Assembly: GCA_951406725.2 (NCBI GenBank)
Contig: OX597825.1
Coordinates: 37,448,001-37,512,000, forward strand
Reading direction: 5' to 3'
Length of the DNA: 64,000 nt
From: Octopus vulgaris
Taxonomy: Eukaryota
This document shows, piece after piece, positions 1 through 14,248 of the stretch. Below the pieces are notes generated by a model. The model made no database searches. It worked only from the letters and a program-made list of their open reading frames with translations, and was not told where the DNA came from. How positions within the stretch are numbered: the stretch's first letter is position 1; every line of letters begins with the position of its first letter. Position numbers and translations under genes: made by a program.

Positions 1-715
1 ATGTCAACCCACCTAACCTCATTCAACAACCATTTCTTACGAATTTAAGGGACGTGAGAAGAGTTGATCCTGTTTGCCTCCATTTCCTCAGTGGTACTTA
101 ATTTTATAAAACCAGAAACGTGTAACGTAGAACTCAGCGGGATTTGAAAACTGAGTATAGAGAAACAGAATGAAAAACTGCAAGAGTATTTTGTTGAATA
201 TTCCCCCATTTCTGTAAGTACCCCCAGCTTCCGTCGATGATAAGAAACAATAGATGAAGAAAGACATACGAGAAACAATATACATATAACGAAAAGACTG
301 GATGTAACGGCAGAGAAAGAAAAGATAAAACTAATTACAGATTGTCAAAACAAAAAATAAATATGAGCAACTTAAAACAAACATTGATCCCATAAACAAA
401 CTAAAGTAGAATTTGTAAAAAATGAAAACAACAAACACAAAGAACAATAAGAAAGCAAACAAAAATATACTTTCCGTATCCTATTTATTCTAGAGTTTTG
501 TTGTATTTCAATGCAAAGTCAATAGAATTAAAATGCTTTGAAACGTAACCAAGAAAAAAAAAGAAAGAAAATACAGAAAAAGAAAGTCATAGAGATAGAT
601 ACAGAAAAGCAGAAAAGCGAAGAAATCAAAGCAACACAAGATGAGAGCGGTGGAGAGAGGGAGAGAGAGGGATTGAGAGAAAAGAAGAGCAGAAGAAGAC
701 GGGGTTAAGCATATG

Positions 716-767
<52 letters not shown>

Positions 768-937
768 GCCGCCTACATACATGCACACGCATATGTAAGT
801 ATATTTGTATATATATATAAATGTAAGTATATATATCTATATATATATATATATACATGTACATACAGATACATATGTATGTATATGTGTGCGTATGTAT
901 GTATTTGTGTAGCAATATTTATATAGTGTCACATATC

Positions 938-993
<56 letters not shown>

Positions 994-1350
994 GATAGAT
1001 ATTGTTGTGTCTGGGGAAAAGACGCACACACGCACGCATGCACGCGCGCACACACTCACGCGCGCGCACTCTCTCTCTCACCCCCCTCACACACATATAT
1101 ATATATATATCACAGGAAGATGAAATAATAAGTAAACATGAAGGATGTGTATAAGATGGGAACAATAGATGATATTGAAGAGAATAGGAAACAAAAAGCC
1201 AATTGAACAAAAATATATTACATCTTTCTCTGTGTCCATCTATCTATTTCTTTCCCCCCTCTCGCTCCCTCTATCTCTCTATCTCTCTATCTATCTATTA
1301 CCTCTTTATGTATGTATGTATGTATGTATGTATGTATGTATGTATGTATG

Positions 1351-1396
<46 letters not shown>

Positions 1397-1618
1397 CCTA
1401 TCTACTTTTCTAAGTATTTAACATTTAATGTATATATCGGGTTACCACGAGTATCTATTTTCAATCTAATGATTTGCTCATCTTTGCAATAGCTATCATT
1501 ACAATGTGCCTGTCTGTCTGTCTCTGTCACTCACTCAGTCACTCACTCATTCACTCACTCACTCACTCTCTCTCTGTCTCTCTCTCGCTCTCCCTCTATA
1601 TCTATCTATCTATCTATA

Positions 1619-1733
<115 letters not shown>

Positions 1734-2039
1734 TCAGTCATACTAATACTTGACTTGTGTTGCAGAATCTTTGTTCTTACCGTTTATATCTCTCTGTATT
1801 TAAATCTGCCTGTCACGGATATGAAAGAGCACAGATAACTTGACGTCTGACGTTGTTTGACCCCCAAGTCAGATATGATTGAGCATATGTATTTGTTACT
1901 GGCATACGACTTTGCAAACGAACCCACTCTCTGTCATATACTCCAACACAGTTGGTTACAGGTCCTTTATAGATGTAAAGAAATTACACGCACACACACA
2001 CACACACAGACACACACAGACACACACACACCCATTCCC

Positions 2040-2435
2040 TTATTCTTTTACTTGTTTCGGTCATTTGACGACAACCATGCTGGCGGATCACCTTAAATGG
2101 CTTTCGTCGAATAAATCGACCCCAGGACTTATTTTTTGTAAGCCTATACTGCTTACATAATTCACGGGGACATAAGCACGCGAACATCCAGTTGTCAAGC
2201 GATGGTGGGTGGGGTCACAGACTAACACACAAACACACACACACATAGAATTCCATATACACACGTATATATGACAGGATTCTTTTTACTTTTCGTCTAC
2301 CAAATCCAGTCACAAGGCTTTGGTCTACTCGGGGCTATAGTAGAAGACAATTGCGCAAGGTGCCACGTAGGGAAACTGAACCCAAACAATGTGGCTTGGA
2401 AGCAAGCTTCTCACCACAAAAGCCACGCTTGCGTG
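2040..2435 (-). mobile_element. tRNA-derived SINE, family A (abundant octopus-type SINE with internal CA/TA tract)
   Basis: Reverse complement matches the + copy at 33028-33428: head GGCTTTTGTGGTGAGAAGCTTGCTTCC...GGGTTCAGTTTCCC, CCTTGCGCAATTGTCTTCTACTATAGCC, tail GACCGAAACAAGTAAAAGAATA. Confidence 0.85.
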
Positions 2436-2658
2436 TGACTATATATATATATATATATAGTCGTTTTAGGAAGAATTTAACATTATATGTACAATTAATT
2501 TAAAGATGTATGTGACTAGGACTCATCGTTCACACAAAGTATTATTTGACGTTCCCCCGAAAGTTTATAGAAAATGCTTATGGCGTCAATACATACATAC
2601 ATATACACGTGTATGTGTATATATATATATATATATGCACACATACATCAACGCACAA

Positions 2659-2713
<55 letters not shown>

Positions 2714-2747
2714 CACACATACATATGCATATATATATCGAAAATTA

Positions 2748-3045
2748 TGGTATGGAGTAGATAAAATCCAGGCTACATATGTTGTAATTACCCAAACGAG
2801 TGGTAATCCGGTAGCTTTTCATGGGGCCAAAGATACTTTAATCAAATTGAGTTTATATTGTCGACAAGCAGATTCATTGGTCCGACGAATAGCTAGCGGA
2901 TTACCCTTGTTTGAGCAAACAGTTTCTGTTAACTATGAAACATATCTAGCCTGAATTCTATCTACTCCATTCTCTAAGTTCGAAATTTAATTCGCATACA
3001 CAGCAACCCCAGCTGTTAACCGTAAATATAAAAAAATTCTGCTTG
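2748..3045. mobile_element. Non-autonomous foldback/MITE-like element, same family as 10020-10610
   Basis: GGAGTAGATAAAATCCAGGCTA...GTAATCCGGTAGCT (2754-2816) is inverted to AGCTAGCGGATTAC...TAGCCTGAATTCTATCTACTCC (2891-2968). 2890-3040 aligns to the reverse complement of 10020-10185. Confidence 0.6.
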
Positions 3046-3511
3046 TCAAAGACAACAAAAGAATTGTTACAGTTCTTTCGGCATCAGACTGTTTGAACGT
3101 CATCGCACGCAACATATTTGCAGTTTTATACTTCATTTATAATATTCATTGAATATGCGTCCTCATACTCTATGTGTTCTGATTCAGGTATAGCCTTCCT
3201 ATATCTCATGGTTATACTCCGTTTCGTACTCTATTAATTTGTTACCTGCAAACGGCTACTCGAGTAATATTTGTATGGTTTCAATCCTATGTTTAGAACC
3301 CAAGACCTTTAGATACACATACATACATATTATGTACATATACAGCACTTCATGTAGACATATTCATCCTGAGAAATGCGGAAATAACTTTAATATTACG
3401 CTTAAGAAAGCTTGCGTAGCTGAATTTCACTTGGATTTGCGTTATTTGTTTCCAAAAGATATTTGCTTTCCCCACTGATCGAGAGTCCTACTACTTGTTG
3501 AACTTCATACT

Positions 3512-3840
3512 ACGCGTTCGGTGGTAGAGAGTCGAGCTTACGATCGTGAGGTTGTGAGTTCGATTCCCGGAGCGGACTGTGTATTGTGTTTTTCAGCATT
3601 ACGATTTATTTCACGTTGCTCCAGTTCACTCAGCAGTAGAAATGAGTTGCGACGTCACAGGTGCCAAGCTGTATCGGCTGTTGACTTTCACTTGGATAAC
3701 ACTGGTGGCGTGGAGAGGGGAGTCTGGTATGCATGGGCGACTGCTGGTCTTCCATAAACAAACTTGCTCGGACTTGTGTCTGGGAGGGTAACTTTCTATG
3801 TGCAATCCCATGGTCATTTATGACCGAAGCGGGTCTACTC
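3512..3840 (+). mobile_element. tRNA-derived SINE, family B (V-domain-like middle)
   Basis: Pol III-like head GGTGGTAGAGAGTCGAGCTTACGATCGTGAGGTTGTGAGTTCGATTCCCGG. Highly similar to the inverted copy at 5668-6005. Confidence 0.85.
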
Positions 3841-3872
<32 letters not shown>

Positions 3873-3899
3873 ATGTGCATATATATATAATGTTAATCT

Positions 3900-4020
3900 A
3901 AACAAGAAAACACAAAAAAAAAACACAACAACGCGAGGATGTGGAACAAATATAGAATTATTGGACGCTCAGGAAAGAAGGAAAGAAGGAGGGCTTAACG
4001 TTTCCAGCGGAGCTCTTCGT

Positions 4021-4023
<3 letters not shown>
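3900..4023 (-). mobile_element. Penelope-like pLTR tail fragment with degenerate minimal hammerhead
   Basis: Minus strand reads CCGACGA-AGAGCTCCGCTG-GAAACGTTAAGCCCTCC followed by a tail shared with 52715-52845. Truncated by (TA)n. Confidence 0.55.
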
Positions 4024-4091
<68 letters not shown>

Positions 4092-4611
4092 ATTGATAGA
4101 TAGATAATTCCGCACTCGCAACCACGTATACGTACAGTTATATTCACAAAGACCAAATTGTATGTATTTACATACATACCTAAATATATACACAGACACA
4201 CGCACACACACATACACACACACACTCGCACGCACATATACATACATATATACTCGCACAAACATAAATAGTACACTTTGCAATGTTTATATATCTTGTA
4301 TGTTGATTAACATATATCATATGTTGATACTGTGTTGGTTAACTTCCTCGTTGACCGGTCAGTAATATTAAATACAGCGTTAAAAACTTATTGTATGCAA
4401 ATTAGTAGCTCTATTTCTATAAAACAACTGGATTTCTCTTGTATATAAACAGTTTGGTTGCATATTTCTCCGGTGGTGGTGGTGGTGGTCACGAGATGAG
4501 AAGCTCGCTTAATGGTGAAAAAAAGATCAGTATTCTATCAGTCGACAGAGAAATAATTGAATTTGTCATGTTTGCATGTCTATTACGTCTGTATGTATGT
4601 ATGTATGTATG

Positions 4612-4642
<31 letters not shown>

Positions 4643-4678
4643 ACATACATTCATATATAATACAAACACGCATGGTAC

Positions 4679-4717
<39 letters not shown>

Positions 4718-4882
4718 CATACATACGAGTGAGTGGACAAAAGAAAGAAAAGGACACTCAATATACTTAGTAGGTGTTACATGTGTTATTTAAAACAGTT
4801 TGATTCGGTCCCGTGCGACTTCACGTTTACCAGTCTCCTCATGGGGCCTCTTTCAGGTTTTAGATTGTCGCAAGACTTGATA

Positions 4883-4913
<31 letters not shown>

Positions 4914-4971
4914 TATGAAAGAAAGCTTAAAATCGCATGGAACCGATTGAAACGGTTATATATATATATAT

Positions 4972-5157
4972 ACTCTTTTCAGTCATTCGACTGTGGCCAT
5001 GCTCGAGCACAACATTTAGTCGAGCAAATCGACCCCCAGGACTTATTCTTTGTAAGCCTAGTACTTATTCTATCGGTCTCCTTTGCCGAACCGCCAATTC
5101 ACGGAGACGCAAGCACACCGGCATCGGTTGTCAAGCGATGTTGGGAGGACAAACGCA

Positions 5158-5199
<42 letters not shown>

Positions 5200-5347
5200 T
5201 ATATACGACGAGCTTCTTTCAGTTTCCGTCTACCAAATCCACTCACAAGGCTTTGGTCGGCTCGAGGCTATAGTAGAAGACACTTGCCCAAGGTGCCCCC
5301 ATGTGGTTAGTAAGCAAGCTACTTACCACACAGCCACTCCTACACCT
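4972..5347 (-). mobile_element. tRNA-derived SINE, family A
   Basis: Shares CAAATCGACCCCCAGGACTTATTCTTTGTAAGCCTAGTACTTATTC and CTACCAAATCCACTCACAAGGCTTTGGTCGG blocks with the other copies. Confidence 0.9.
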
Positions 5348-5667
5348 ATATATATTTGATTTTGATTTTTCCAGTTTCAGCTAATGAGCTGTGGCCATGC
5401 TGGGGCACCGCCATTTTATATACATATATATATATACATACATATATACGTACGTACATATATACATACATATATTATTGACATATATAGACATACGTAC
5501 ACATATGCACAAGAATCCTACCCACACATATATGCTATTTTATTATATCCCTTATCGCAAATTATTCTTTTGCGTAATTATTAAGCCGATTTTCATTATA
5601 TAGCCCCTAATATATCAAGGCAGAAATTTACAATTCTGGGAAATGTTGTTTCCCGTAGTATCAGTTA

Positions 5668-6005
5668 AGGGTAAAGACCCCCTTCGGTCATGAATGACCA
5701 TGGGATTGCACCTAGAATGTTACCCTCCTAGACACAAGTCCGGGCAAGGTTGTTTATGGAAGACCAGCAGTCGCCCATGCATACCGGCCTCCCCTCTCCA
5801 TGCCACCAGTGTTATCCAAGGGAAAGACAAAGGTCGATACAGCTTGGCACCAGTGACGTCGCAACTCATTTCTACAGCTGAGTGAACTGGAGCAACGTGA
5901 AATAAAGTGCCTTGCTGAAGAACACAACATGCAGCCCGGTCCGGGATTCGAGCTCACAACCTCACGATCGTAAGCTCGACGCTCTAACCACTGAGCCATG
6001 CGCCT
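5668..6005 (-). mobile_element. tRNA-derived SINE, family B, near full length
   Basis: Minus head GGCGCATGGCTCAGTGGTTAGAGCG (A box)...GAGCTCGAATCCCGG (B box). Inverted homolog of 3512-3840. Confidence 0.9.
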
Positions 6006-6015
6006 TCAGTATCAG

Positions 6016-6152
<137 letters not shown>

Positions 6153-7549
6153 AGCATGACAAACTTCGTAATCATTAGACTGTTGCATCTTATGTAAATT
6201 TACACACTCAGACGCCGTCGCACACGCACACGCTCGCCCGTGCACACCCACACGCCTGTGCATACGCACAAGTAAGCACTTTTGCATAAAATACTTTTGC
6301 AATAAATAGACACTTATATACTAACATGGTCAACAAATTCTGAGTCACAACTCAATATCAAATAAAGATCAGTACACAGAAATTGATACATGACCAAAAC
6401 TTTAAATCAGCTGAGTACGAAATCACATGCACGAAGTTGTGGAATTATTATTTGCAAATTAATGTATACTATTTTCTTCTGTAAATCAGTAAAATGATTG
6501 TTCATTAATAAATTCATAATATCTTAAATTGTAATTGTTGTTGTGCTTGTTTTTCGTTGTTACTGCTTGTGGCGTTGTTAATTGTAGAAGACTGAGTACT
6601 AGTTTAAAAATGAGTTCTACAGAGTTACTTCAACTGCTTAAAATTACAGCTGAAATCCCCTCAGATCACGCACATATCGTCTTAAGAAAGAGCACATTAG
6701 CTAGCGCAATATTGTAATTGTTACAACTAGTACATATTTTGCTGCAGTTCTGATCTGGAGAGACATAACAAAAACAACAGCACCAACGACAACAACAGCA
6801 TCATCATCATCAAATAGGCACAAGGTGACGAAGATAAAATGTTTACGTGGTTGATCTGCTAGAAATATTAGCTAAATCTCTCTAAAATCACACACTACCC
6901 TTTTATAGGAAGGAAGGTCACAATTAATTATGTAGTTCTAGATATACTTCTAGGAAGATGGATATGTCATTGTCCCATTGGTACCAATAAGTTACTTCGA
7001 CAACAACAATGCTAACAACTAAACACAAGGCCAATATTTGTAGGAAAATTGTTTTGTTGATTCATAAGACTAATATCATAGTAATGGCAGTTATGTATTT
7101 TCCCTTGAGGTTATAGCTTAGCTAACCTCAGCTGGAATTGGGTTTCAGAATAAGGAGAACTCTGAAAATACAGTATTGTGTTTTTCTATCGTCCGGTGAA
7201 GGCTGCGAATTAACACAGATCTTAAAGTGTTGGATAAAATCTATTGCAGTACTTATTCTACATCTCTATGATCTAAATTCTAAACACTTAGAGGTCAGAT
7301 TGCACCTTCTCTCTATCGAGTACGTAACTAAAATGCTGATCCAAGTTAGTGGATTGGCGGGGGTTTTAGAGAGTTGGACGAGATATTTCAGCTTTTTGTG
7401 TTTTGAGTTCGAAATCCGTTTAGAGTATCACATCCGATTGTCGGCCTTGAGAAAAGGTGCCAAAGCACAGCGTAAGAGAATCTGGCTCTGGTATATCTGT
7501 CCAGTCGGTATGTATTCTCATTGTTTCAATATAATTGTATTGTAGTGAC

Positions 7550-8077
7550 AAGGTGTTTTGCAAACCAAAAATTGTGGAGATCTAATGCATATCTTTTTCT
7601 TTTCACTAATCAATCTCAATAGCAAGTGGCCCCTTCCTTATGATTTCAGAAACATTAGGAATATTATGGTCAACAAAGAAACTTCATCATCACCAATATT
7701 CAAATGTGTGAAAAAATCAACCAATTCTGTGGCACTTTGGAACTGTAGTATGTAGGGAAACAAGAATACCGTGAACGTAAAAGATGAAGAAAATCACTTG
7801 AAGTTTGATCGATCAAACCTATGATCAATGACATTCCGACCGTGACCAATCCCTCTTTTTACGCGTTTGTTTACTATTTAATGTGAACTTTCCTTATGTA
7901 GCAGATTGGCGATTCATTTGAGCAAGAGTAGTGTGTTATTTCTAGCATGTGGAGCAACTACCCAAGGGTAAATTATTGGAATGTGAAGGTGTTAATATGA
8001 TTTAGTACACTGTTGAAACATTTCAGTGTCTCTTTTAGAGCCGCTGGGAATTACATGAGTGTTACAACTTCCTATTG

Positions 8078-8108
<31 letters not shown>

Positions 8109-9650
8109 TACACATTAAATACAAGGCCTCTATTACTGATGATAAGAAACCACTATTAGTAAAAGTAGAATGAGCAGTGTGTTGCTCTTTTACTTATTGG
8201 ATGGCAAGACATATTACATTCAAGTAATGAAAATAAAAATAAAACCGTATTGATAAAATAAACAAATCTTTCCTCAATGGGTAATAAAACGAACATTTCT
8301 GATGGGTTAGACATAAAAATAAATTTAAATGATAAAGAAAATCCGAAATAAAAAAAAATTCCCAACAACTCTTTAAAGTTAAATTTCCAATGTTAGTTTA
8401 TATATGTATTTTTTCTAAAGATGAGATTTCGTGATTTACAAGTATATATATAAAAAAAAAGAACAGAAAAATGTATGTCTGAAAGAATTGTTTTCATTGC
8501 GCAGCTAGAAGTGCCATGCTTTAAAATAATAAAAGTTAGACCTACTTACCTCTTTTAACGAAAGTTCCATTCACAGTGGCTGGAAGAGAGTAATATGAGT
8601 ATGGAGTAGTGAAAAATTGTAATATATATAGTTTATCTCTTAAAACAACTAGATTCCACCATTGATTAAAATGGTATTAAATACAAAATCACAATAAGAA
8701 TCTAAGCAATAACATATATCAACAAAAAATTTTATAAAGCATTTAAATAAAACATCAAAGTACAACATAAAAATGTAACTGAATAAATAATATTTGTAAA
8801 AAAAAATATCTTTTTGGCTCATCTAAAGAGATTTTCATCGTTTAAAGATGAAAGATTTTGGACGCCTAAATCTAGCTTGCTGTTTTACTGGCGCTTATTA
8901 CTACTGACGCTGGGGAGATGATAGTAAATATAGACTTTGGCTTGAATTGCAAATAGGAGAGACTGACCAAATACCCTATAGTATTTAGTTACAACATTTT
9001 GCATTTGGAGTCGATAATATAATCACCAGTCAAGTAATGGAGATCGATTAAATCAGCTAAATCGACTCCCTGAAATTTCTGGCTTTGTGGCAAAGTAAGA
9101 AACCAATTATTAGATTAGTAATTGATGCTGGAATCGATAGAAACCTCAGACAGAATAGTTTGTTATTATCTCTGTGAATTCTGAGTTCAAATTTAGATGC
9201 AATATACTTTATATATTCTCCATCTGCGAGCTTGGTGAAAAAATGCCAATATTAAAATAGCAGGATCGCTAGAATTGCTCGAATTATTTCCAAAAATTAT
9301 GTGCAAAAGGTTCGACTTTTTAGATCATAAAGTCAATCAAGAGTTGGATCTAAGAATTGGATGAATGCAGGGCTAAATGCCTCAAGGGAGTTAATTATGA
9401 TAATTTAAGGTGGGGATTAAATTGTTCTGCTGTTGATTTTTCTGTCCATGCATCTAAAGTGACTGAAAAGGTTTCTCCACAAACTCACCACAGTAAAATA
9501 AGCCATAACGCGATGCGTGTGAATGAACTCTTGCTCTTAAACGTATCAACTGAAAGCGTCATCATTAGTTAGAGCACAAAATTACATCTCTGTGCATTAT
9601 CTATTTTAAGAGGTAAGGAACTCTATGACATTTATTTCTTACCCAAGAAC
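7550..9650 (-). pseudogene. Possible heavily decayed Toll-like-receptor-like relic (locus A)
   Basis: Minus frames give LRR-like DTFKSKSSFTRIAL and PLRHLALHSSN (9350-9550), hydrophobic FVYFINTVLFLFSLL (~8220-8270), TIR-like EVV/NTHVIP-ALKE and FTLG (~7960-8075), and LTIIFLMFL. Interrupted by repeats; weak. Confidence 0.3.
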
Positions 9651-9852
9651 GCAGGCTAGGTAATTGAATTGAACAATTTTTCAGATTTCGATGATCGATA
9701 TATGTATGTAATAAGTTGATGAGCGCACGAAATATCAAACAAAAAATATATAAAATAAATGCGATAAAAATATACATGAATGCTGCAAGATATGCTGAAT
9801 ATTATCAAGTGTCAAGAAGAGAAGGATAAATAGATAGAGAGGGAGAGAGAGA

Positions 9853-9887
<35 letters not shown>

Positions 9888-10019
9888 GGTAAAAATAAAA
9901 CCCAAGTTAGTAAGTTTCGAGCAGTCCGTAGAAGGTATCAAAATCAACTTTAAGGAACAATAGTAGTTTATTGACGTAGAATGTAACTTTTTCCCATATC
10001 GAAGTACGGTAAGCTGAAA

Positions 10020-10610
10020 AAATTATTTTATAGTTCACGGTTTGCAGCTGAGGTTTCTGTGTATGCGAATAAAAATCAAAAATTAGGGAATAGAGTAAAT
10101 AATAGCCAGGCTAAATATATTTCGTAGCTAGCAAAACCTCGGAAGTAGTAATTTCTCAAACGAGGAGTAATCCGCTAGCTACTTGTCGGGATAAAGATAC
10201 CTTACTCAAACGAAGTTTATATTATCGTCAAGGGGTCCCATGTTAACTCACAGGAGATATGATCGAAAATGCGTGGAAAGCACAGAGTGAGCGAACAAAA
10301 AGGAAAACATAAAAAGATGTGAACAAAAATACGAATGAGTATTCTTATTCTTTTCCTTAACAAACTGAGACATTTACCCACTGCATATATTATTTCTTGA
10401 CAAATATTTGTTCTCATTTGTTCTCTCACTCTGTACTTCCCACGAAGTTTTTACTTCCCCGGCGAGTCAACTTGGTACTCTTAACGACAATGGAATTTCA
10501 ATTGGTTAAGATATATTTGACCTGACAAGTGGATTGCGAGTTACCCATATTTTGGGTAATTACTACTTACTATTTAGCCTGGATTTATCTACTCCGTTCT
10601 CTAATTTTGG
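10020..10610. mobile_element. Non-autonomous foldback/MITE-like element
   Basis: 10081-10190 is an imperfect inverted repeat of 10521-10606 (C(C/T)GACAAGT...AATTACTACTT...TATTTAGCCTGG...CTAATT). Homologous to 2748-3045. Confidence 0.6.
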
Positions 10611-10642
10611 ACATACATATATGTGTGTGTGTGTGTGAATAC

Positions 10643-10683
<41 letters not shown>

Positions 10684-11885
10684 CAGAGAGAGAGAAAGAA
10701 CGAGAGAGCAAAGGGAACATGTAAAGATATTTTAATGTATTTTGAAAATCAAAATTATTATAATATAAAATAATTTGGGCCTTTTATTGCAAAAACATAT
10801 TCTTATTAACCACAATTAAAAGAATATATATATATATTTATATATATATATACACGTCATATGTTGGAAGAATTCAATTTTACTATTTTTGACATTTAGA
10901 AAAGACGTAATTTTAGGTAATCAAAATTAGAAAAAAACAACTTCGAAATCCAGCTTTATTCTTAAAAACAAATTCATCATTTAAAATTCGGAAAAAGCAA
11001 TTTGATGATAATGATCGTGCTTAAACTTAATTTTAAATATATCATATTAGGTTATATTATATTACATTATATTTCTAGTGACGGTTAAGTTAGGAATAAG
11101 CGAAACATCCATAATTTACATTTAATTTTAAAGTTAAAGTTAGCGTAAAAGTAAGTAAAATGTATGAATCCACATTTTTCACTTTATATGATAAAATAAA
11201 CAAAAACTAGTTTATTTTGGACAAACAGAATGCCAAACATTTCTTATCATCTTCAAAATATTCCTGATCGATATTCATTGTGCTTGAAAGGCTAAAACTA
11301 CCAAGATAACATTTGAAGGCAACTCCCTAGAGGAATATAAGTGTATATACAGATATCCATCTTTAAGGCGTAGGAAAGATGAATTAAGATTTCTTTTGAT
11401 CATAAGCCAAGACTCTGTATTGTCTCAGTCGTATTTTCACTCTTCAGGGCGTAAATATTTATTTCTTTTAATTAGTTATGAAAAATATTCTTTAAAAGAT
11501 AGCCATCTATCCTAGTAAGACTTAAATAATTGGTAAGTGTCGTGTGGACGCCAGGTGATCAAAAAATACGCTCGACTCGTAAGGGATTTGTACTCAAAAT
11601 ATCAAAGAAGTGTAACATTGGAGTGCAAAGTATTTTGTAAGTGACAAAGTACTCAAGCGCTTTTTTATTCTATGGTTCAGTAATATTGATGTAACCATTA
11701 CATTATTTCTTCTTATACTATCACTGATTTCCCCGACAGTTGAAAGAGAAATATGATCAAGCTGCACTTCTAAACCACAAATTCTATATAGTTGTGAAAT
11801 ACTTTAAAAAATTTGCCCTATACATTACTATTTCTATTTTATATCCCCCATACTAACAATATATGAATTATGAATATAAATCAAG

Positions 11886-12336
11886 ATGGCCATTACCTCA
11901 TTCATTAATCTAGTAGTTTTAGTCTTAGTTTATTTCAGATAAAAACTAATTGTTTCAATAAATGTGTAATGTTGGACTAGAACACCAAAGCATAATATTA
12001 CACAATAATGAACATTAAACAATTTCAACACTCTATAAAATCTTAGTGTAAATTAGCCTGAGAAGCATGATTGAACATTGGGACAAATATTTAGATAAGT
12101 TATTTTTAAATGCATTGTTAAAAAATAAAGTGCAGGCCTAATACATTTTGAGGGTTTCTGGGACTGATCAGATGAAAACAACTATCATCATTCTGGCCGA
12201 GCCCTGGCCCGAATGATTGCAACAGAGGGAATACCGCTAAACATATAGAAAATAAGAGGTAGTGGTCGTCAATTGGGATAGCGATTAATTCTACGCAAGA
12301 ACAGGAAAGGTATATCTATCTATCTATCTATCTATA

Positions 12337-12411
<75 letters not shown>

Positions 12412-13400
12412 GTGTCTGTTTGTCTGTCTAGTTGTTTTCATATTGTCTCAGCCATTCTCCCCCCACTTCGTTTGTCTCCTGTCTATTGAAAAGAAAACTA
12501 CAGGTGAATCAGACTGATAATCCAAGTTCAATTTGATTATATACATATAGGATAATCTGATAAACTAAAATAAATACACGCTGCATAACTGGAAGAATCT
12601 AAGATTGATGGAGTAAATGTTAATGGGTCAAATTCGTGTCAATGCAACTGACAGAATTCTAGCTTTCTATCTCCTTTGTTTTAAACTTGATTTTTGTCAT
12701 GTCACGTCACCGAAGATTAGCTTGTCAATGCGCCCAACAATTCTCCTTCAGGGTTTCCTTTTAAATACATTTCGACATCATAGTGTAAAAATATATTTTT
12801 TCATTAGGAATATGAAGTTACTACTAGTGACAGTTTCAACATACCTGCCATAACGGACGGAATTTACATAAAAGATATATTTGCTCAAAAATTGTTGACA
12901 AATGCTGGTCGAATTTTGATTCCTTTATGATCAGCAGATCAATGTTAGTGTTAATGCTTTTTGGTATCAAATGAACTTCACCAAATATCTGAATAGGAAA
13001 AGTAGGATATATGGAAGAGTCACTGGAGAAAACGTTGATTCTTACCCTATCATTAAATCTGCATTGCAAGTAAATGCAAAAGTTTTTGTGGTTGGTGCTT
13101 GTTCCCTGGACTACATTATCAAAGATGCTTCTGGCTAACAATTTTGTAACTAGGAATGTTTTAGTTGAAATTTGGCTGTTATTTCTATTAGGTACTCTGA
13201 CTATAAAATCTAGGGAAATTATAGAACTGAAGAGAGGCACACTGCTTTACGGTTTCCTATTCAATTGTAAATGTGCAATAGCAATTACTTGTAACACTCC
13301 AGTTTTGTAACTGCAGTGAGAAACACCTCTCATATAATTAACATAATGAAAGTTTCAGACATTAAATCTTAATAACGTTGTTGTTGCGTGATGTCGTTAA
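11886..13400 (+). pseudogene. Decayed Toll-like receptor pseudogene (locus B)
   Basis: In order: signal-like MAITSFINLVVLVLVYF (11886), NCFNKC, LRR-CT LACQCAQQF (~12717) and HTCHNGRNL...DKCW (~12840-12908), TM-like MISRSMLVLMLFGI, TIR box2-like LQVNAKVFVVGACSLDYII (~13064-13120), then LLANNFVTRNVLVEIWL. Stops, frameshifts and a (TATC)n insertion at 12312-12410. Confidence 0.65.
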
Positions 13401-13941
13401 GGTCTGCTCAGGTCTGATTGGATTGACCTATAATCAAGTGTTCCAAACTTATATTCTGTCATTGTATATATTGGATAACATAATGAAATTCAGAATTCTA
13501 TTCTTTGACAGAGTAGTGTGCACTATTAGTAAGATCTAGGTTGCAGCTTTTAACAGATTTAGCCGTCACGAAATCTTCAATAACAATCTGATTTTTCAGG
13601 ATTAAATCATGAAACATTCCACTAGAGAAATATTCATACATCAATCTTAACATTCAAATTCAAATCCTGGTTTATTGTCACAAAATATTCCTCAAACTAA
13701 GAAGGCGCTATGTCGACGCTCGATAAATGAGAAGTAGCAGCAAAATATGTCTCAAACCACACCGTATTACATTAGAAAAATAATCCAATGCAATATTACA
13801 TATCCTTAGAAAGAGGGACGGTTTGAGTGAATACATTCTGGATCAGAGTACATCTGGAAATAAATCACAACCTGCTTGAGCAAACCAATAAAGGAAAAAT
13901 TTATTCACAACAAATACAGAAAAATGAAGTAGTATATATAT

Positions 13942-13982
<41 letters not shown>

Positions 13983-13991
13983 ATATGTATG

Positions 13992-14053
<62 letters not shown>

Positions 14054-14059
14054 CATACA

Positions 14060-14197
14060 TATACAATGCTGATGAGAAGATTGCATCTTACACCGTTTAT
14101 TCCTTTGGAATAAAACCACATATGTCGAAAGTAAAGGAATTTTATTAATATCTTGGTTCAAGTCTATTTATTTATTTATTCATATATGTATTATTTA

Positions 14198-14248
<51 letters not shown>

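Noticed and set aside
5930-6005. tRNA gene (also 33030-33100 and 37385-37440)
   Set aside because: These tRNA-like heads continue into SINE bodies and lack a proper acceptor stem.
12836-13240. 134 aa minus-strand ORF as a gene
   Set aside because: No recognisable domain. It is likely the antisense shadow of the plus-strand TLR relic.
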